Source: a virus (taxonomy: Duplodnaviria > Caudoviricetes). From it: a DNA stretch of 64,000 nucleotides. The notes under the pieces were generated by a model, which did no database searches, was not told the DNA's origin, and worked only from the letters and a program-made list of their open reading frames with translations. Location of the stretch: the IMG/VR virus record IMGVR_UViG_3300031784_000002. One strand, 5' to 3'. Shown piece after piece: positions 30,210-41,077 of this stretch (position 1 is the first letter of the stretch; each line of letters begins with the position of its first letter). Made by a program: the position numbers and the translations under genes.

Positions 30210-30791
30210 ATGACTTACGAAGCCACTCTGAAAGTTAAGTTTGATACCAAATTCGTCAATCATTCCACCTATGGTGTATATGATGATGAGATTCTTCCTG
30301 AAGAACATTATACTTTTGAGATTCCTGTTGACGACATCAATACCATTCAACTCTTTCGTTTCTTTGGAACGATTGCCCGCACGATGGGACATAATGAACT
30401 CGGTATTATGAAAGGTGCTTGTTCACTTGCATTTAATGATATGCGTAGTGAAGAGGACATGAAGAAGATTGCGGAAGAATTTGATCTGAAACTTTCTGAA
30501 GATTATTCTAAAGAACTTTGTGAGAATGAAAAAGAAATTCTCAAACTGAAATTTGAGATCAGTGATTTGAAAGCTAAACTTTCTCGCCTTGAACAACCAG
30601 AGAATCCTCAATATACTGATGAAGAAATAGATGCAATGACAGAGGATCAAATGAAACATTGGAAAGGTCTTGTTCCTGGTAGTTATGCTGCTGTTGAAAA
30701 TGGATGTAAGTGTCCTGTAATGGATAATGAAGAAATGCCTGATGATCGTAAATGGGTGAATGGTGATTGCCCTCTTCATGGTAAAAAGTGA
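30210..30791 (+). CDS. Hypothetical protein with coiled coil and C-terminal Cys/His motif
   Basis: GCKCP...GDCPLHG. Confidence 0.7.
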   Translation: MTYEATLKVKFDTKFVNHSTYGVYDDEILPEEHYTFEIPVDDINTIQLFRFFGTIARTMGHNELGIMKGACSLAFNDMRSEEDMKKIAEEFDLKLSEDYSKELCENEKEILKLKFEISDLKAKLSRLEQPENPQYTDEEIDAMTEDQMKHWKGLVPGSYAAVENGCKCPVMDNEEMPDDRKWVNGDCPLHGKK

Positions 30792-31075
30792 TGAGAACTG
30801 ATCAAGAAATCCTTGATAATGCAGCACTCAAGGTATCACAAATCCTTCGAATCTCTGTAGGAGAGATTGATAAGACCAAGTTCGTGTATTTGTATACTTT
30901 ACTCTACAACATGATGGGTCAGGGCCCAGATGGTCAACCTTGTGAGGAAGGTGATCTAAACATGAGACACTGGTTGAATACTCACAATAGCCACTTGGGA
31001 TTCTGTCCTGCAGCCCGCTTGACGGATGAGGGTTCTATGCGTATGATCATCTCATATCTTGAGAGTTTCCTATGA
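30788..31075 (+). CDS. Protein resembling the MbcA/ParS/Xre antitoxin C-terminal domain (DUF2384)
   Basis: WLNTHNSHLGFCPAARLTDEGSMRMIISYL matches the WLxxxNxxLG..P...L...EG...V...L pattern. Confidence 0.5.
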   Translation: MMRTDQEILDNAALKVSQILRISVGEIDKTKFVYLYTLLYNMMGQGPDGQPCEEGDLNMRHWLNTHNSHLGFCPAARLTDEGSMRMIISYLESFL

Positions 31076-31706
31076 AACCCAACTTCCGTAAAGTTCTAGA
31101 AATGGCACTTGAAGAAGGTGTCCGTTTCGGTTATCATCGTGCCCACAAACATGTAGAGAATCCACACGAAGATGCAGTGGTTGATCTTGTTGTGGAGGGT
31201 GCGATGAACTCTATTTACGAATGGTTTGAATTTGAGGAGAATCATGTCTCTAATTGATACACTAGAATACTTCATTGATGATACCAGAGCACGTTGTTCT
31301 GATATTGAATGGGAGATCCGTGAGGAAGGTAACTATGCTCATGAAGAAGACCATACATCACGATTTGATTACTTCTGTGAAGAGTATGATGAGGCTAAAG
31401 CACGTTTAGATGATCTCATGCAAATCAAATCTATTATTGAGGCACAACAATGAAAATCAAATTTAACGGACACTCTCCCACTGAATGTGAGGTAGAGTTT
31501 GACAAAGACGACCAAGTGCGCCTGTTTGAGATTATGAAACAAGAGTTTATTGAACATATTACTTACTCTAAGTTTAGTAATCTCAGTTATCCTACACACA
31601 CTGAACGACAACTCGAAAACTTCTGTAAAAATTATGGTGTAGACATCGAGTATTCAAAAGACCGTATAGCATTCTTCACTGCCCTTATCAAGGAGATGAA
31701 ATTCCA

Positions 31707-32036
31707 ATGAGCGGAGGACACTTTGGAAACTGCGGTTATGATTACTACAAGGTATCTCAGTTTGCTGATGAGTTGGAAGTAGAAATCCAGGACAAAAAGG
31801 ATGAGTATGGGCATTCCTATAACTTTTCACCAGAAACTATCAACTACTTGAGGAATCAACTTATTCCGATGCGTAAGATGGCAGAGATCATGAGGCACAT
31901 TGATTATCTGTATTCGGGTGATCATGGTGAAGATAGTTTTATGTATCGTGTAAAAGAAGTTGAGAAACACTGGAAAGAGTGTGAAGACCTTGCTACTCGT
32001 ATGGATGAATGGAATGAAACTGGAGACGGCGTATGA
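31707..32036 (+). CDS. Conserved phage hypothetical protein
   Basis: MSGGHF...IDYLYSGDHGEDSF. Confidence 0.7.
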   Translation: MSGGHFGNCGYDYYKVSQFADELEVEIQDKKDEYGHSYNFSPETINYLRNQLIPMRKMAEIMRHIDYLYSGDHGEDSFMYRVKEVEKHWKECEDLATRMDEWNETGDGV

Positions 32037-33154
32037 CCACACGAATTGAACTCAAACCAGTCTGTATTACCTACAGAAAACATGTCATATTCACTCCTAC
32101 AGCAGAAATGTTTGAGGATTGGGATGTAGAACCCACACAGGAAGGATTTGAGGAGTATGTAATTCAAGAGTTTCTAGATGAGATGTGGTGGGAGTTGAGT
32201 AACAAGAGTGCTAACACTCCTATGGACTATGTTGATCTTGATACTCTAGACGAGAACATTGAGTTTGATTGGGGTGAATATGATGAGTGAAGATATGCCT
32301 TGGGTGATTGGATTGTCTGATGAGGAAGTCCAAGAACTTCGTAAGAATAAACAAGAACTCACAGAATACGGAAAGAATAAGATCCGAAAACTTTTGGATG
32401 AATATTCTAAACAAAACAAGAAACCAACTCTATGGGAAATTATGAGAGACCAACTTGGTTTCTCTATAGATATGTGTGATGAAATTGTAGATGCAGTTGA
32501 AGGATGGCTTCCCCCTCAACACGAAACTAACGACTATCAATGGAATAAATGTATTGACTTAATGAAGGAGAAGTTGAGATGACGAATCAAGAAACAATCG
32601 AAGAGAATAGAATAACAGCTGCTCAAAGATACTTTAAAAAAGTAGAAGAGTCTTTGCAACGCAGACGAATTCAAACTGAAATTGAAGAAATTGGTGAATA
32701 CTCCAACTTACTTGCAAAGACTAATGGAGTAAAGTCTATTGCTAAGTTGAAAGAAAAACATAGAGAAAACCTTTCTTCAGTGGGTAAAGTTTATATTGAA
32801 GAATATGAAAAAGAATATGGAAAAATTCCAGAATACGAACGTTGGGTATTCATGGAATCTTCTTATTTTATTCCGGGTGAAGGACACTCGACTTGCCTAT
32901 TAGTGACACAAGCTTTACCATGTGATGAAGATTCCCTTGAAGGGACTAATGAAGTGATCACAACGCAAATTGATCGTGCGGTAAGGGAGTTTTTCAAAGA
33001 GTTCGGTACTATGTCTTTGTATAATCTTGGATTTCATGATCGAGAGGGATTTTTTGAAAAATATTCGATTATGATTCCACATGCAGTAATAAAATTCAAA
33101 GACAAGCCGTGCGATTTCACATTCAAACTAAAGTTTCATTATAATTTTCCCTAA

Positions 33155-33460
33155 ATGACCTACAAACTTGATGAAAATGTCAAAGCATTCTCTTACACCC
33201 GTGAAGAGTTGTTTGATTGTATCATGCGAATCGTAGCACATCCACACACCGCTATCACTCAACACGATAAGGCTCGTGCCATGGCAATCTTCCTCACCTT
33301 TGCTGATTATCTTGGCAATTACACTGAGAGTGACAACAACTTTGGTCATGTCATTTATGAGTCTGACTCTACAGATTTCGAGGGGCATGTATTACAGTTG
33401 TTAGGTAAAAATAAGCCAATGGATTTTTATCGCACTGACGCCGATGAGTTACTGAAATGA
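33155..33460 (+). CDS. Hypothetical protein
   Basis: In-array ORF with ATGA coupling to the next gene. Confidence 0.75.
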   Translation: MTYKLDENVKAFSYTREELFDCIMRIVAHPHTAITQHDKARAMAIFLTFADYLGNYTESDNNFGHVIYESDSTDFEGHVLQLLGKNKPMDFYRTDADELLK

Positions 33461-33648
33461 AAGAATGGATTGAAGATGCTTGGTGGTCTTGGGTCAATTG
33501 CATCAACTTTCGATTTGTGAAGTATGGTGATGATATAGATCGTTTTGCCTTCTTCGAAGAACTAAACAACGGTTGGTATCAGATGTATATCTACCCTTAC
33601 GATGATTGGTATCATCCGACTATCTCAGAAGAACGAAAAAAGTTTCTA

Positions 33649-33706
33649 GGGCCATGATTCAAACTGGCACACAAGGGGCGCTGATGCTCTCGATAGGTTG
33701 TATAAT
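33649..33706 (+). promoter_or_regulatory. Promoter cassette copy
   Basis: GGGCCA-N10-TGGCAC; TATAAT begins 47 nt after the left half-site. Confidence 0.65.
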
Positions 33707-34136
33707 GAAAACAATGAAGGACTGAAACGACTTGCTATGGTTGAAAAAGTAAAGTTTGTAAGTGTCACCCGTGTGATTGATGACCGCAAAGGTATTCATT
33801 ACCTTGATGCTATTGATGAGAATGGGTATCACTGGACTGCTGAAATGGATAACAAACAAGAGAAATGGTTAGTGTATACGAAAGTGTGGACTAAAGACCC
33901 TCAAATGCCGTATGATATATGAAAAACTACCGCATCAAAAAAGTCACAGACGGACACTCAACCAGATACTACCCACAACACAAAAGATTTGGATTGTTCT
34001 GGTATAATCTATTTGTAGACGAATATAGGGATGGTGATTATTCTACATTTGAAGAAGCACAGTGGCACCTTTGTAACTATTTGAGGGAACCTGTGGTAGA
34101 ATACCTTGACTTTGATTGTGATTGTGGAGAACCTCT

Positions 34137-34352
34137 GTGACTGAACCTATCAAACTCTGTAAGGATTGTAAGCACTACAAAAGAGATTGGAATGCTCGTT
34201 TTACTGGATTTGGAGATACTTTTGATTTGTGTCTCCATCCTGCTTTGACTGGAAATCTTGTGACTGCAAAAAATAATGGTCGTTATTGTGATAGTATGAG
34301 AAAGTATCACGAATGTGGGATGGACGGAAAACTTTTTGAGGCACGTAAATGA
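34137..34352 (+). CDS. Small Zn-finger-like protein
   Basis: CKDCKH...CLHP...CDSMRKYHEC. Confidence 0.65.
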   Translation: MTEPIKLCKDCKHYKRDWNARFTGFGDTFDLCLHPALTGNLVTAKNNGRYCDSMRKYHECGMDGKLFEARK

Positions 34353-34777
34353 CTGAAGAATTGTATAAAACACAATACCCAGCACTTCAAATCAACAATC
34401 CAAAGCTATCTAACTGGAATTGTTATATGTTCGGCAATCGTCCTGGTGGTGTTGGAATAATGTATACTCCAGAAGAAGGAAGAGTGCCTAATAGGTTTGT
34501 GAGGTTCATGATGAAGATTTGTTTTGATTGCACTTGGGTGGAGAAGAAGTGAATAAAGAAGAATACTATAAACACATAGAAGAAAACGACACTTACCCAG
34601 AACATTCTCATAAGTGGATTGTGAGAACTTATACTGGTGAGTTGTTCTATCGCAACTTCGGCACATTTGAGACTAAAGAAGAAACAAAAGAGTTTATTGA
34701 GAATTATAAGGTAAAATATACAACCAAAGGATTTATTACAAGATATAGTATTCAAGGAGTTTGTGAGGTATTATGAG

Positions 34778-34834
34778 GGACACTTGAAGAACTGTCACAG
34801 GGACACTCCAAAGCCCCCTGTGATGCCTTATAAT
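34778..34834 (+). promoter_or_regulatory. Promoter cassette copy
   Basis: GGACA-N10-TGTCAC; TATAAT at +47. Confidence 0.7.
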
Positions 34835-37023
34835 ACACTCATAATCAACCAAACCGATGCCTACTCCCAAAGAAACCTACGAATACGTTGAACAACTGAT
34901 TGATGAAGAACTCAACACTTTGATTGATACAGCATATCTCAACAAAGAAGGTGAAGCACTCGTAAGGTTCAAACAAGACTTCAAAGACCTTTACAAACAT
35001 TTGGAGAACATTCAACAAATGAAAAAATCTTATCTTTCAGGACGATGAAACTCTACCAGCACTCCAAACAAACTTATCAGGATGGTGAAGTAGATCACAC
35101 TTGGCAGTTTGGTATCATCAAAAACCGAGCACTACTCTGGGTGAATTTTGAAAGCCCTGGTGGTGTCATTCATTCTTCTGGTGGTATCAACCTCTTGTTT
35201 TCTTTCTTTGGTAATTCTCTTATGAGTGTAGATTTTCAACAACGCAAATTTTGTTTAGCAGTTGCTTTTATTACTGAATACGATGACTGAACGCAATTTC
35301 AAACAAGAACTTGTACACTCCTGTTATTATGACATGGAAGATGGACATGACAGCGAAACAATTGATTATGATTGTTTGATTGGTGTTATCACTGAATTGT
35401 GTGATAGAATAGAACAACTTGAATCTGAAGTCAAGATTCTAAACCGAAAACTTACGGAAGACACATTTGAAGTGATTAAAAATGACTGACCCAACCCACG
35501 AAGAAATGCTTGAAGAAGCAGAACGAAGAGAAGCAGCAAACAAAGCAGCATTAGAATCACTTGGAATTGACTACGAATCTTTCGGACAGAAACCTTGGAA
35601 TGAAGGTCATTTGGATTATGAAGCACCGAATGGTGATTACATCAAAAACTATCCACTCATCAATCGGGTGGAGGTAATTGGACCGAATGGACGAGAGTAT
35701 GTTAATTACGAATGCTCTAACATCCAAGTATCAGAACAAGACAACGGACGCACACTTAAGGTATTTCTATCATGACACGATTTACAGAAAACCCAGACGA
35801 AATCGTGCTGGAAGAAGTGAAGATGTTTCACCTGGAAAGTATGAATGAACGCACCTTATGGGTCGGGGTTTATACTCAAAATGGTAAAACCTATCACTTG
35901 AATATTTCTGCGGATGGTGATAAACTGCGTTATTATTGGAGTGATGAAACCTGTGACTAGGCGTGCTCAATATCTTCTAGATGCTTCAATGGAACTCACA
36001 CTTCGTCCACAGAAAGGTGATCGTCAGAGACTGATTGCGTTTATTCTTCGTGAAGTTGCTGATCGATTTTGTACTGATTGGGGAGAACTTGAACATCCTT
36101 ATGATGTGTTGAATAATATAGCTAATGAAGTAGAGTCACTCTAATGTTTGAAACTGAAAAAACTTGGTATCACGAAAGGGATTGGGATTCGTGTGAAAAA
36201 CTTCGCCACATCCAAGATGCGGAGTATAATACTCTTGTCGCAAAGTCAGAACAGATGCGTGATATTGAAGAGATGAAAAGAGATCTTCGTGATCTTTATG
36301 AACTTGTGAGATATTTGGAAAATAAGTGTGACTTTCTTGAGAGTCAAGTTGAAGAAAACTATTACGACAGATAATCATGATTGATGTAAAAGAAAACAAA
36401 GATGGATCACTTGACATCTCATGGGATGAAAATGATCCTCAAGAAAGTATTTTGAACACTTGGACAGAACAAGACTTTATTAAGGCTATCACTGATCGTT
36501 TAGAGGAATTGAAAGTTGGACTTACCGATGTGGATGAATAAGTGGATCATCGGATTTAAACCGATTAAATATACACCATTCTGGTGGTGGTATCGTCTGA
36601 TATCTCATCAAGGATTTCGCTTTGATGATTATCATATGTGGGGGTCTTTCTGGCATTCACTTAATCATGGATGGGAACATATGGAATATGTTTATAAGTT
36701 TGAAGAGTATTGGGGCAAGGGTTCTTATCCACCAGAACGCATTTTCTTAAAAGAAGGAGATTTTGATGCTCTAGTGGAAAGATTATCACTTCCGAGTGAA
36801 TCAACAATGGAAAGTATTAAGAGAATTATGGACCGTAAAGCACCTTGGGATGAAGAATGAAACGCAACCGTTCTCAAATACCTGAGTTTTACAAAGTCGG
36901 TTATATTTTAGATTATGAACAGAAATGGGCCTGTTACTTTGACTTTAATTGTGCTCAGGAAGCCATGATGAAGATGATTCAACGTGGTATAAATGTCACT
37001 GGAATGGAAACACAAATGATGGT

Positions 37024-37094
37024 GTGACAGTCTTTTGGCTGTCCACTGATCTCGCCGAAGGGGCTCTGATCTTGGTATCTTAGCCATGTTGAGA
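37024..37094 (+). promoter_or_regulatory. Promoter cassette copy
   Basis: GTGACA-N10-TGTCCAC...TCGCCG...TATCTTAGCCATGTTGAGA. Confidence 0.85.
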
Positions 37095-37148
37095 CACGGA
37101 TGTGGTCTTGACGCAACACAAACCCCTCTCAAGTAACTTCAAGACAAC

Positions 37149-37532
37149 ATGGCGACTCGTTCTCGCATCGGTGTTCAACTTAAGAATGGCTCTGTCCTTT
37201 CGGTGTATTGTCACTGGGACGGCTATCCTGAGTGGAATGGTAAGAAACTGAAAGAACACTTCAACACTCGTCAGAAAGCTGCAGAGTTGGTTGATGGTGG
37301 TGACATCAGTTCTCTGTGGACTGATAAAGATTGGGACGGTAAAGAACAGGAGTTTGGTACTCTTTACTACGAAGGCCGTGGTGATGTAGATACCGAACCT
37401 AATCTGGACAACTCTTTCCAAGCTTTCATTGGTTCTGTGAACGATTCTTGGTGTGACTACGCTTACCTGTTTACAAATGGTGAGTGGAAGTGTTATACTA
37501 CTAAAGGTAATGAAGAACAAATCCCTGCGTGA
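37149..37532 (+). CDS. Conserved phage hypothetical protein
   Basis: MATRSRIG...SVYCHWDGYP; first gene after a cassette. Confidence 0.8.
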   Translation: MATRSRIGVQLKNGSVLSVYCHWDGYPEWNGKKLKEHFNTRQKAAELVDGGDISSLWTDKDWDGKEQEFGTLYYEGRGDVDTEPNLDNSFQAFIGSVNDSWCDYAYLFTNGEWKCYTTKGNEEQIPA

Positions 37533-37670
37533 TATGAAAGACCTCATTCAAGTGAAGTATTACTTCAAAGAACATCCGAACACTACTCTTTCCGTCTTTC
37601 TTAAGACTGTAGAACAAGTGGAGGCTTTCAAAGCCAAACATCCTGACTATGTTTATGTTGGAGAAACTAA

Positions 37671-38075
37671 ATGACTCAAGACAACACTATGCGTAACGCC
37701 AGTATCATCGGCGTTTCTTTTCTTCTGTCTCTGTTGATTATCAATGCAGTTGTTGGTCCTCTCTATAATGTGTGGGCCCAATCACTACAAGGTAAAGCAG
37801 AACTGCAAAAGGCAGAGTATACTCGTCAGGTAGCAGTGCTGGAAGCACAAGCAAAGAAAGATTCGGCACAACAACTTGCTGATGCTGAAGTGATCCGTGC
37901 TACTGGTGTCGCTAAGGCAAACCAAATTATTGGTGATAGCCTGAAGGACAACCGTGAGTATCTCCAATACCTGTACATCACTGGTCTTGAAGATGGTAGC
38001 AAGAATGGTAATGTGACCATCTATGTGCCCACCGAAGGTGGAATGCCCGTCCCTACTCTCCAAATGAACAAGTGA
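37671..38075 (+). CDS. Membrane-anchored coiled-coil protein (SPFH/band-7-related, truncated)
   Basis: N-terminal TM helix; AEVIRATGVAKANQIIGDSL..YLQYLYI..IYVPTEGGMP. Confidence 0.65.
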   Translation: MTQDNTMRNASIIGVSFLLSLLIINAVVGPLYNVWAQSLQGKAELQKAEYTRQVAVLEAQAKKDSAQQLADAEVIRATGVAKANQIIGDSLKDNREYLQYLYITGLEDGSKNGNVTIYVPTEGGMPVPTLQMNK

Positions 38076-38458
38076 TTAAATCTCTGTTGATTTTGACTTC
38101 GCTGGTGTTCACTGCACCAGTATTTGCACAGACCACACCACCAAAACCAAAGGTGTATCGTCCATTTGTGTATGAAACTCCATGTGTACTTGAGGCAGGA
38201 CTTCAAACCTATCCAGATACATGTAAAGTTGTAGAAACTCGTGAGACTGGCGGTGCTCTGCGTACTCGTAACATCTTTTCTAACAAGTTTGGCCTTACTA
38301 TTAAGGGTAGATTTGACAAAGAGAAGGGTTATATGACTTGGGATAGTCATAACAAGTATGAGTATAAGTGGGAGTACAAGGTTGGCGGTAATCAAGAGTC
38401 TGGTTCATGGACTTATGTGATGCCTGGCTTCCTTCTACAAAACGTATCTTGGGACTAA
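38072..38458 (+). CDS. Secreted hypothetical protein
   Basis: Signal-peptide-like N-terminus. Confidence 0.7.
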   Translation: MIKSLLILTSLVFTAPVFAQTTPPKPKVYRPFVYETPCVLEAGLQTYPDTCKVVETRETGGALRTRNIFSNKFGLTIKGRFDKEKGYMTWDSHNKYEYKWEYKVGGNQESGSWTYVMPGFLLQNVSWD

Positions 38459-38480
38459 ATACTGAATTTCGGGGACTCAA

Positions 38481-39101
38481 ATGTTCATCAAAAATAATAA
38501 ACCAGTTAAAATAATTGGATTTCCCGAATCTTCAATCACTCAACAATACTTTGAAGTTTTCAATAAGGAAGGATTGAAAGATATTTCTATAATCACTCCC
38601 AAAGACTTCAAAGCTTTAATTTCAAAAGATAACTATCAATACATTATTGCTTTCTATCTTGACATGGATCTTAGAAAAGAGGTCTGTGATTTATTAGATA
38701 ATCTTAATCTAGATTGTTTAACATACATAGATGATTCGGTTTACATGTTCTCCTCTTCCAAAATTGGAAGGGGATCTTTTATTGGTCATTTGTGTGAGAT
38801 TTGTTGGAATGCTTCAGTAGGCGATCATTGTTATTTTGATAACCAATCTGGTATTGGTCATGATGTTATCCTAGGTAGAAATAGTATCATTAGTTCAAGA
38901 GTTTATGTTGGTGGGAGAACAAAAATAGGAGAAAACTGTAAGTTCTTTTTGAATGGAACAGTTATGAATAACTTAAACATTTGTGATAATGTAATTTTAT
39001 GCACACACAGTAACATAACAAAAGACATCACAATTCCTGGGAAGTATGTTGGTAGAAATGCAAGACTTATGAAATCTGAAGAGTCCGATAAGGATCTCTG
39101 A
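38481..39101 (+). CDS. NeuD/PglD-like sugar O-acyltransferase (hexapeptide beta-helix)
   Basis: SKIGRGSFIG, VGDHCYF, IGHDVILG, IGENC, ICDNVIL, ITKDITIPGKYVG. Confidence 0.8.
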   Translation: MFIKNNKPVKIIGFPESSITQQYFEVFNKEGLKDISIITPKDFKALISKDNYQYIIAFYLDMDLRKEVCDLLDNLNLDCLTYIDDSVYMFSSSKIGRGSFIGHLCEICWNASVGDHCYFDNQSGIGHDVILGRNSIISSRVYVGGRTKIGENCKFFLNGTVMNNLNICDNVILCTHSNITKDITIPGKYVGRNARLMKSEESDKDL

Positions 39102-39142
39102 TCGGTCAGCCCCTTGACTCTCCCCCGAATCCACAGTATTTT
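39088..39142 (+). promoter_or_regulatory. sigma70 promoter with upstream 16-bp element (copy 1)
   Basis: ATAAGGATCTCTGATC(39088-103)-N10-TTGACT-N17-TATTTT. Confidence 0.7.
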
Positions 39143-39311
39143 GGCCTTGTTCAACTGATTCACCCATGAACGACGATTTCAACTACGATTCCTTTGATGA
39201 GAACGATCTTTATCAATCCATGATGGAAACTGGTCCTGAAGATTGGCTTCCTGATTCTGGTATTCGAGAGGAGTTTGATCGTGAAACTCTTGCACTTCTA
39301 AAGAACTTCTG

Positions 39312-39818
39312 ATGAAAGAAGTTGTAAGACATTCTTACAAAGATGGAGAAATCTCTGAGACTCGTACTCTGAGGTTTCTCCCGTTTTATTATAACCAAGA
39401 GATTGCGGAGTCAATGATGATGATTATTCGCAATCATCTGACTCCAGATCTTCTCACTAAAAAATATCGGGAAGAAAATGTAAAGAACCCGATGTATGGT
39501 CATTGTTACCATTCAACTCAGGCCCTATTCTATCTCTTGGATCCTCATGATTTGATTCCAATGAGCGGGATAGATTACAGAGGTGATACACATTGGTGGT
39601 TGTATGATGACCGAGGAGTTACCTACGACACCACAGCTGATCAGTATTACTCTGTGGGTCAAGTTCCGCCCTACGATGTAGGTAAGAGAACACAATGGTA
39701 TGGTTGGAAACAACGACCACACCAAAGATCACTGGACTTAATTATGCGAGTCCTTTATGCTTGTAACATTGAGTATTGTTACGAAACCCTCAAACCTCAG
39801 ACAGGGCCCTTGACATAG
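39312..39818 (+). CDS. YunG-like / transglutaminase-like hypothetical protein
   Basis: GHCYHSTQAL, HWWL, YDTTADQY (possible Cys-His-Asp). Confidence 0.5.
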   Translation: MKEVVRHSYKDGEISETRTLRFLPFYYNQEIAESMMMIIRNHLTPDLLTKKYREENVKNPMYGHCYHSTQALFYLLDPHDLIPMSGIDYRGDTHWWLYDDRGVTYDTTADQYYSVGQVPPYDVGKRTQWYGWKQRPHQRSLDLIMRVLYACNIEYCYETLKPQTGPLT

Positions 39819-39838
39819 TTCTTTGTCTGATGTATTCT
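39810..39838 (+). promoter_or_regulatory. sigma70 promoter
   Basis: TTGACA(39810-15)-N17-TATTCT(39833-38). Confidence 0.75.
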
Positions 39839-39908
39839 GGCCTCATGAGATAAATGCCTCTGGCAAACAAAATCTCATCACCAACTGCTCTTAGCAAAAA
39901 CAAACACT

Positions 39909-40997
39909 ATGAAAAAACGCATTATTTTTGGCAAGGAAATTGACCTTGCTGAGTACGAAAAGAATTGGTCTAAAGAAGAGATTGAATCCAAGTTTAATGG
40001 AGAGTTTGTAGACTTCAGCTTCATTAACTTGGCTAAGAAAAACCCAGATGATCCTGAGTTTGCCAATGCTGGTGTTAGGTGTGAACAGAACTCTAACAAT
40101 AGTGTTCTTGACATGCAAGTTTCATACCAACTCCGAGGTTGGGACACTAAGGATCTCCCCCCAGTTGTCCGAGTTACTGACAACGAGTTTGAGGATGGCC
40201 GTACTCGGGCTCTTGCAGCTATGGCTGAGAACGAACCTTTCCTTCCTGTTGTTCGTATCCGACCAAAAGAGAACACCAAAGCTTGCTCTTTTGCTAACGG
40301 ACTTCTGCTGAACAACTTTCCTCCCCGTCGCAAAGTAGTCCAAGAAGACTTCATTGTTGCTGGTGCTGAATTGGTTCGGATTGGTGAACTTCAACGAGAC
40401 ATCACTGCGATTGAAGACTGGCTCATCAAGATGTGCAAAATTGATGAGGTTTATCCTAACAATGCTGGTGGTGCATTTACGAAGATTGTCAACGCAATCT
40501 ATAACCGCACCGAGAATGGTGGTGATCCTATTGTTCGCAAGATGGATCGTGAAGAATGGTTGAAGTGGTTGTCTACTTCTCCCGACATGAAAGATGAGTC
40601 GGGCAATCGTATTGATCCCTTTGTGCAACTGGATCATGACCCAGATTTTGTTCTCTATGATGCTCCGAGTTCCACCAACGAAGCACGACTTCTGAGGAAA
40701 CTTCTTGAGAATGGTTCTAAGGGTCGTCACACTTACATTGTGTTGTATTCTGCAAAAGAAAACACTCATGAGGTTCTGAAACTGGGCTTTAAGTCTTTTG
40801 TTACCACTACCGAAACCCAACATTCTTCTATCATTCGGTATTCTCAGGCATCCATTGGTCTTGATGGTATTGATCTGACTAAGATGCCTAATGAAAAGAT
40901 GTTCACTTTCTTGGGTGTTGTTCCTATCCTGTTTGATGGGAATGGTCACGAAGCTGCTTTTAAAGCTCATCGTATCCTTCCTATTGATAAGTTCTGA
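39909..40997 (+). CDS. Hypothetical protein with ParB/Srx-like N-terminal region
   Basis: PPVVRV....EDGRTRALAA resembles the ParB-N DG.(H/R)R motif. Confidence 0.5.
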   Translation: MKKRIIFGKEIDLAEYEKNWSKEEIESKFNGEFVDFSFINLAKKNPDDPEFANAGVRCEQNSNNSVLDMQVSYQLRGWDTKDLPPVVRVTDNEFEDGRTRALAAMAENEPFLPVVRIRPKENTKACSFANGLLLNNFPPRRKVVQEDFIVAGAELVRIGELQRDITAIEDWLIKMCKIDEVYPNNAGGAFTKIVNAIYNRTENGGDPIVRKMDREEWLKWLSTSPDMKDESGNRIDPFVQLDHDPDFVLYDAPSSTNEARLLRKLLENGSKGRHTYIVLYSAKENTHEVLKLGFKSFVTTTETQHSSIIRYSQASIGLDGIDLTKMPNEKMFTFLGVVPILFDGNGHEAAFKAHRILPIDKF

Positions 40998-41000
40998 CCC

Positions 41001-41055
41001 ATAAGGATCTCTGATCAATGGCCCCATTGCCCTGCGCCGGGTGATGGGGTATTCT
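41001..41055 (+). promoter_or_regulatory. sigma70 promoter with upstream 16-bp element (copy 2)
   Basis: ATAAGGATCTCTGATC(41001-16)-N10-TTGCCC-N17-TATTCT. Confidence 0.7.
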
Positions 41056-41077
41056 AGCTGTATTGAAACGCAATTTG

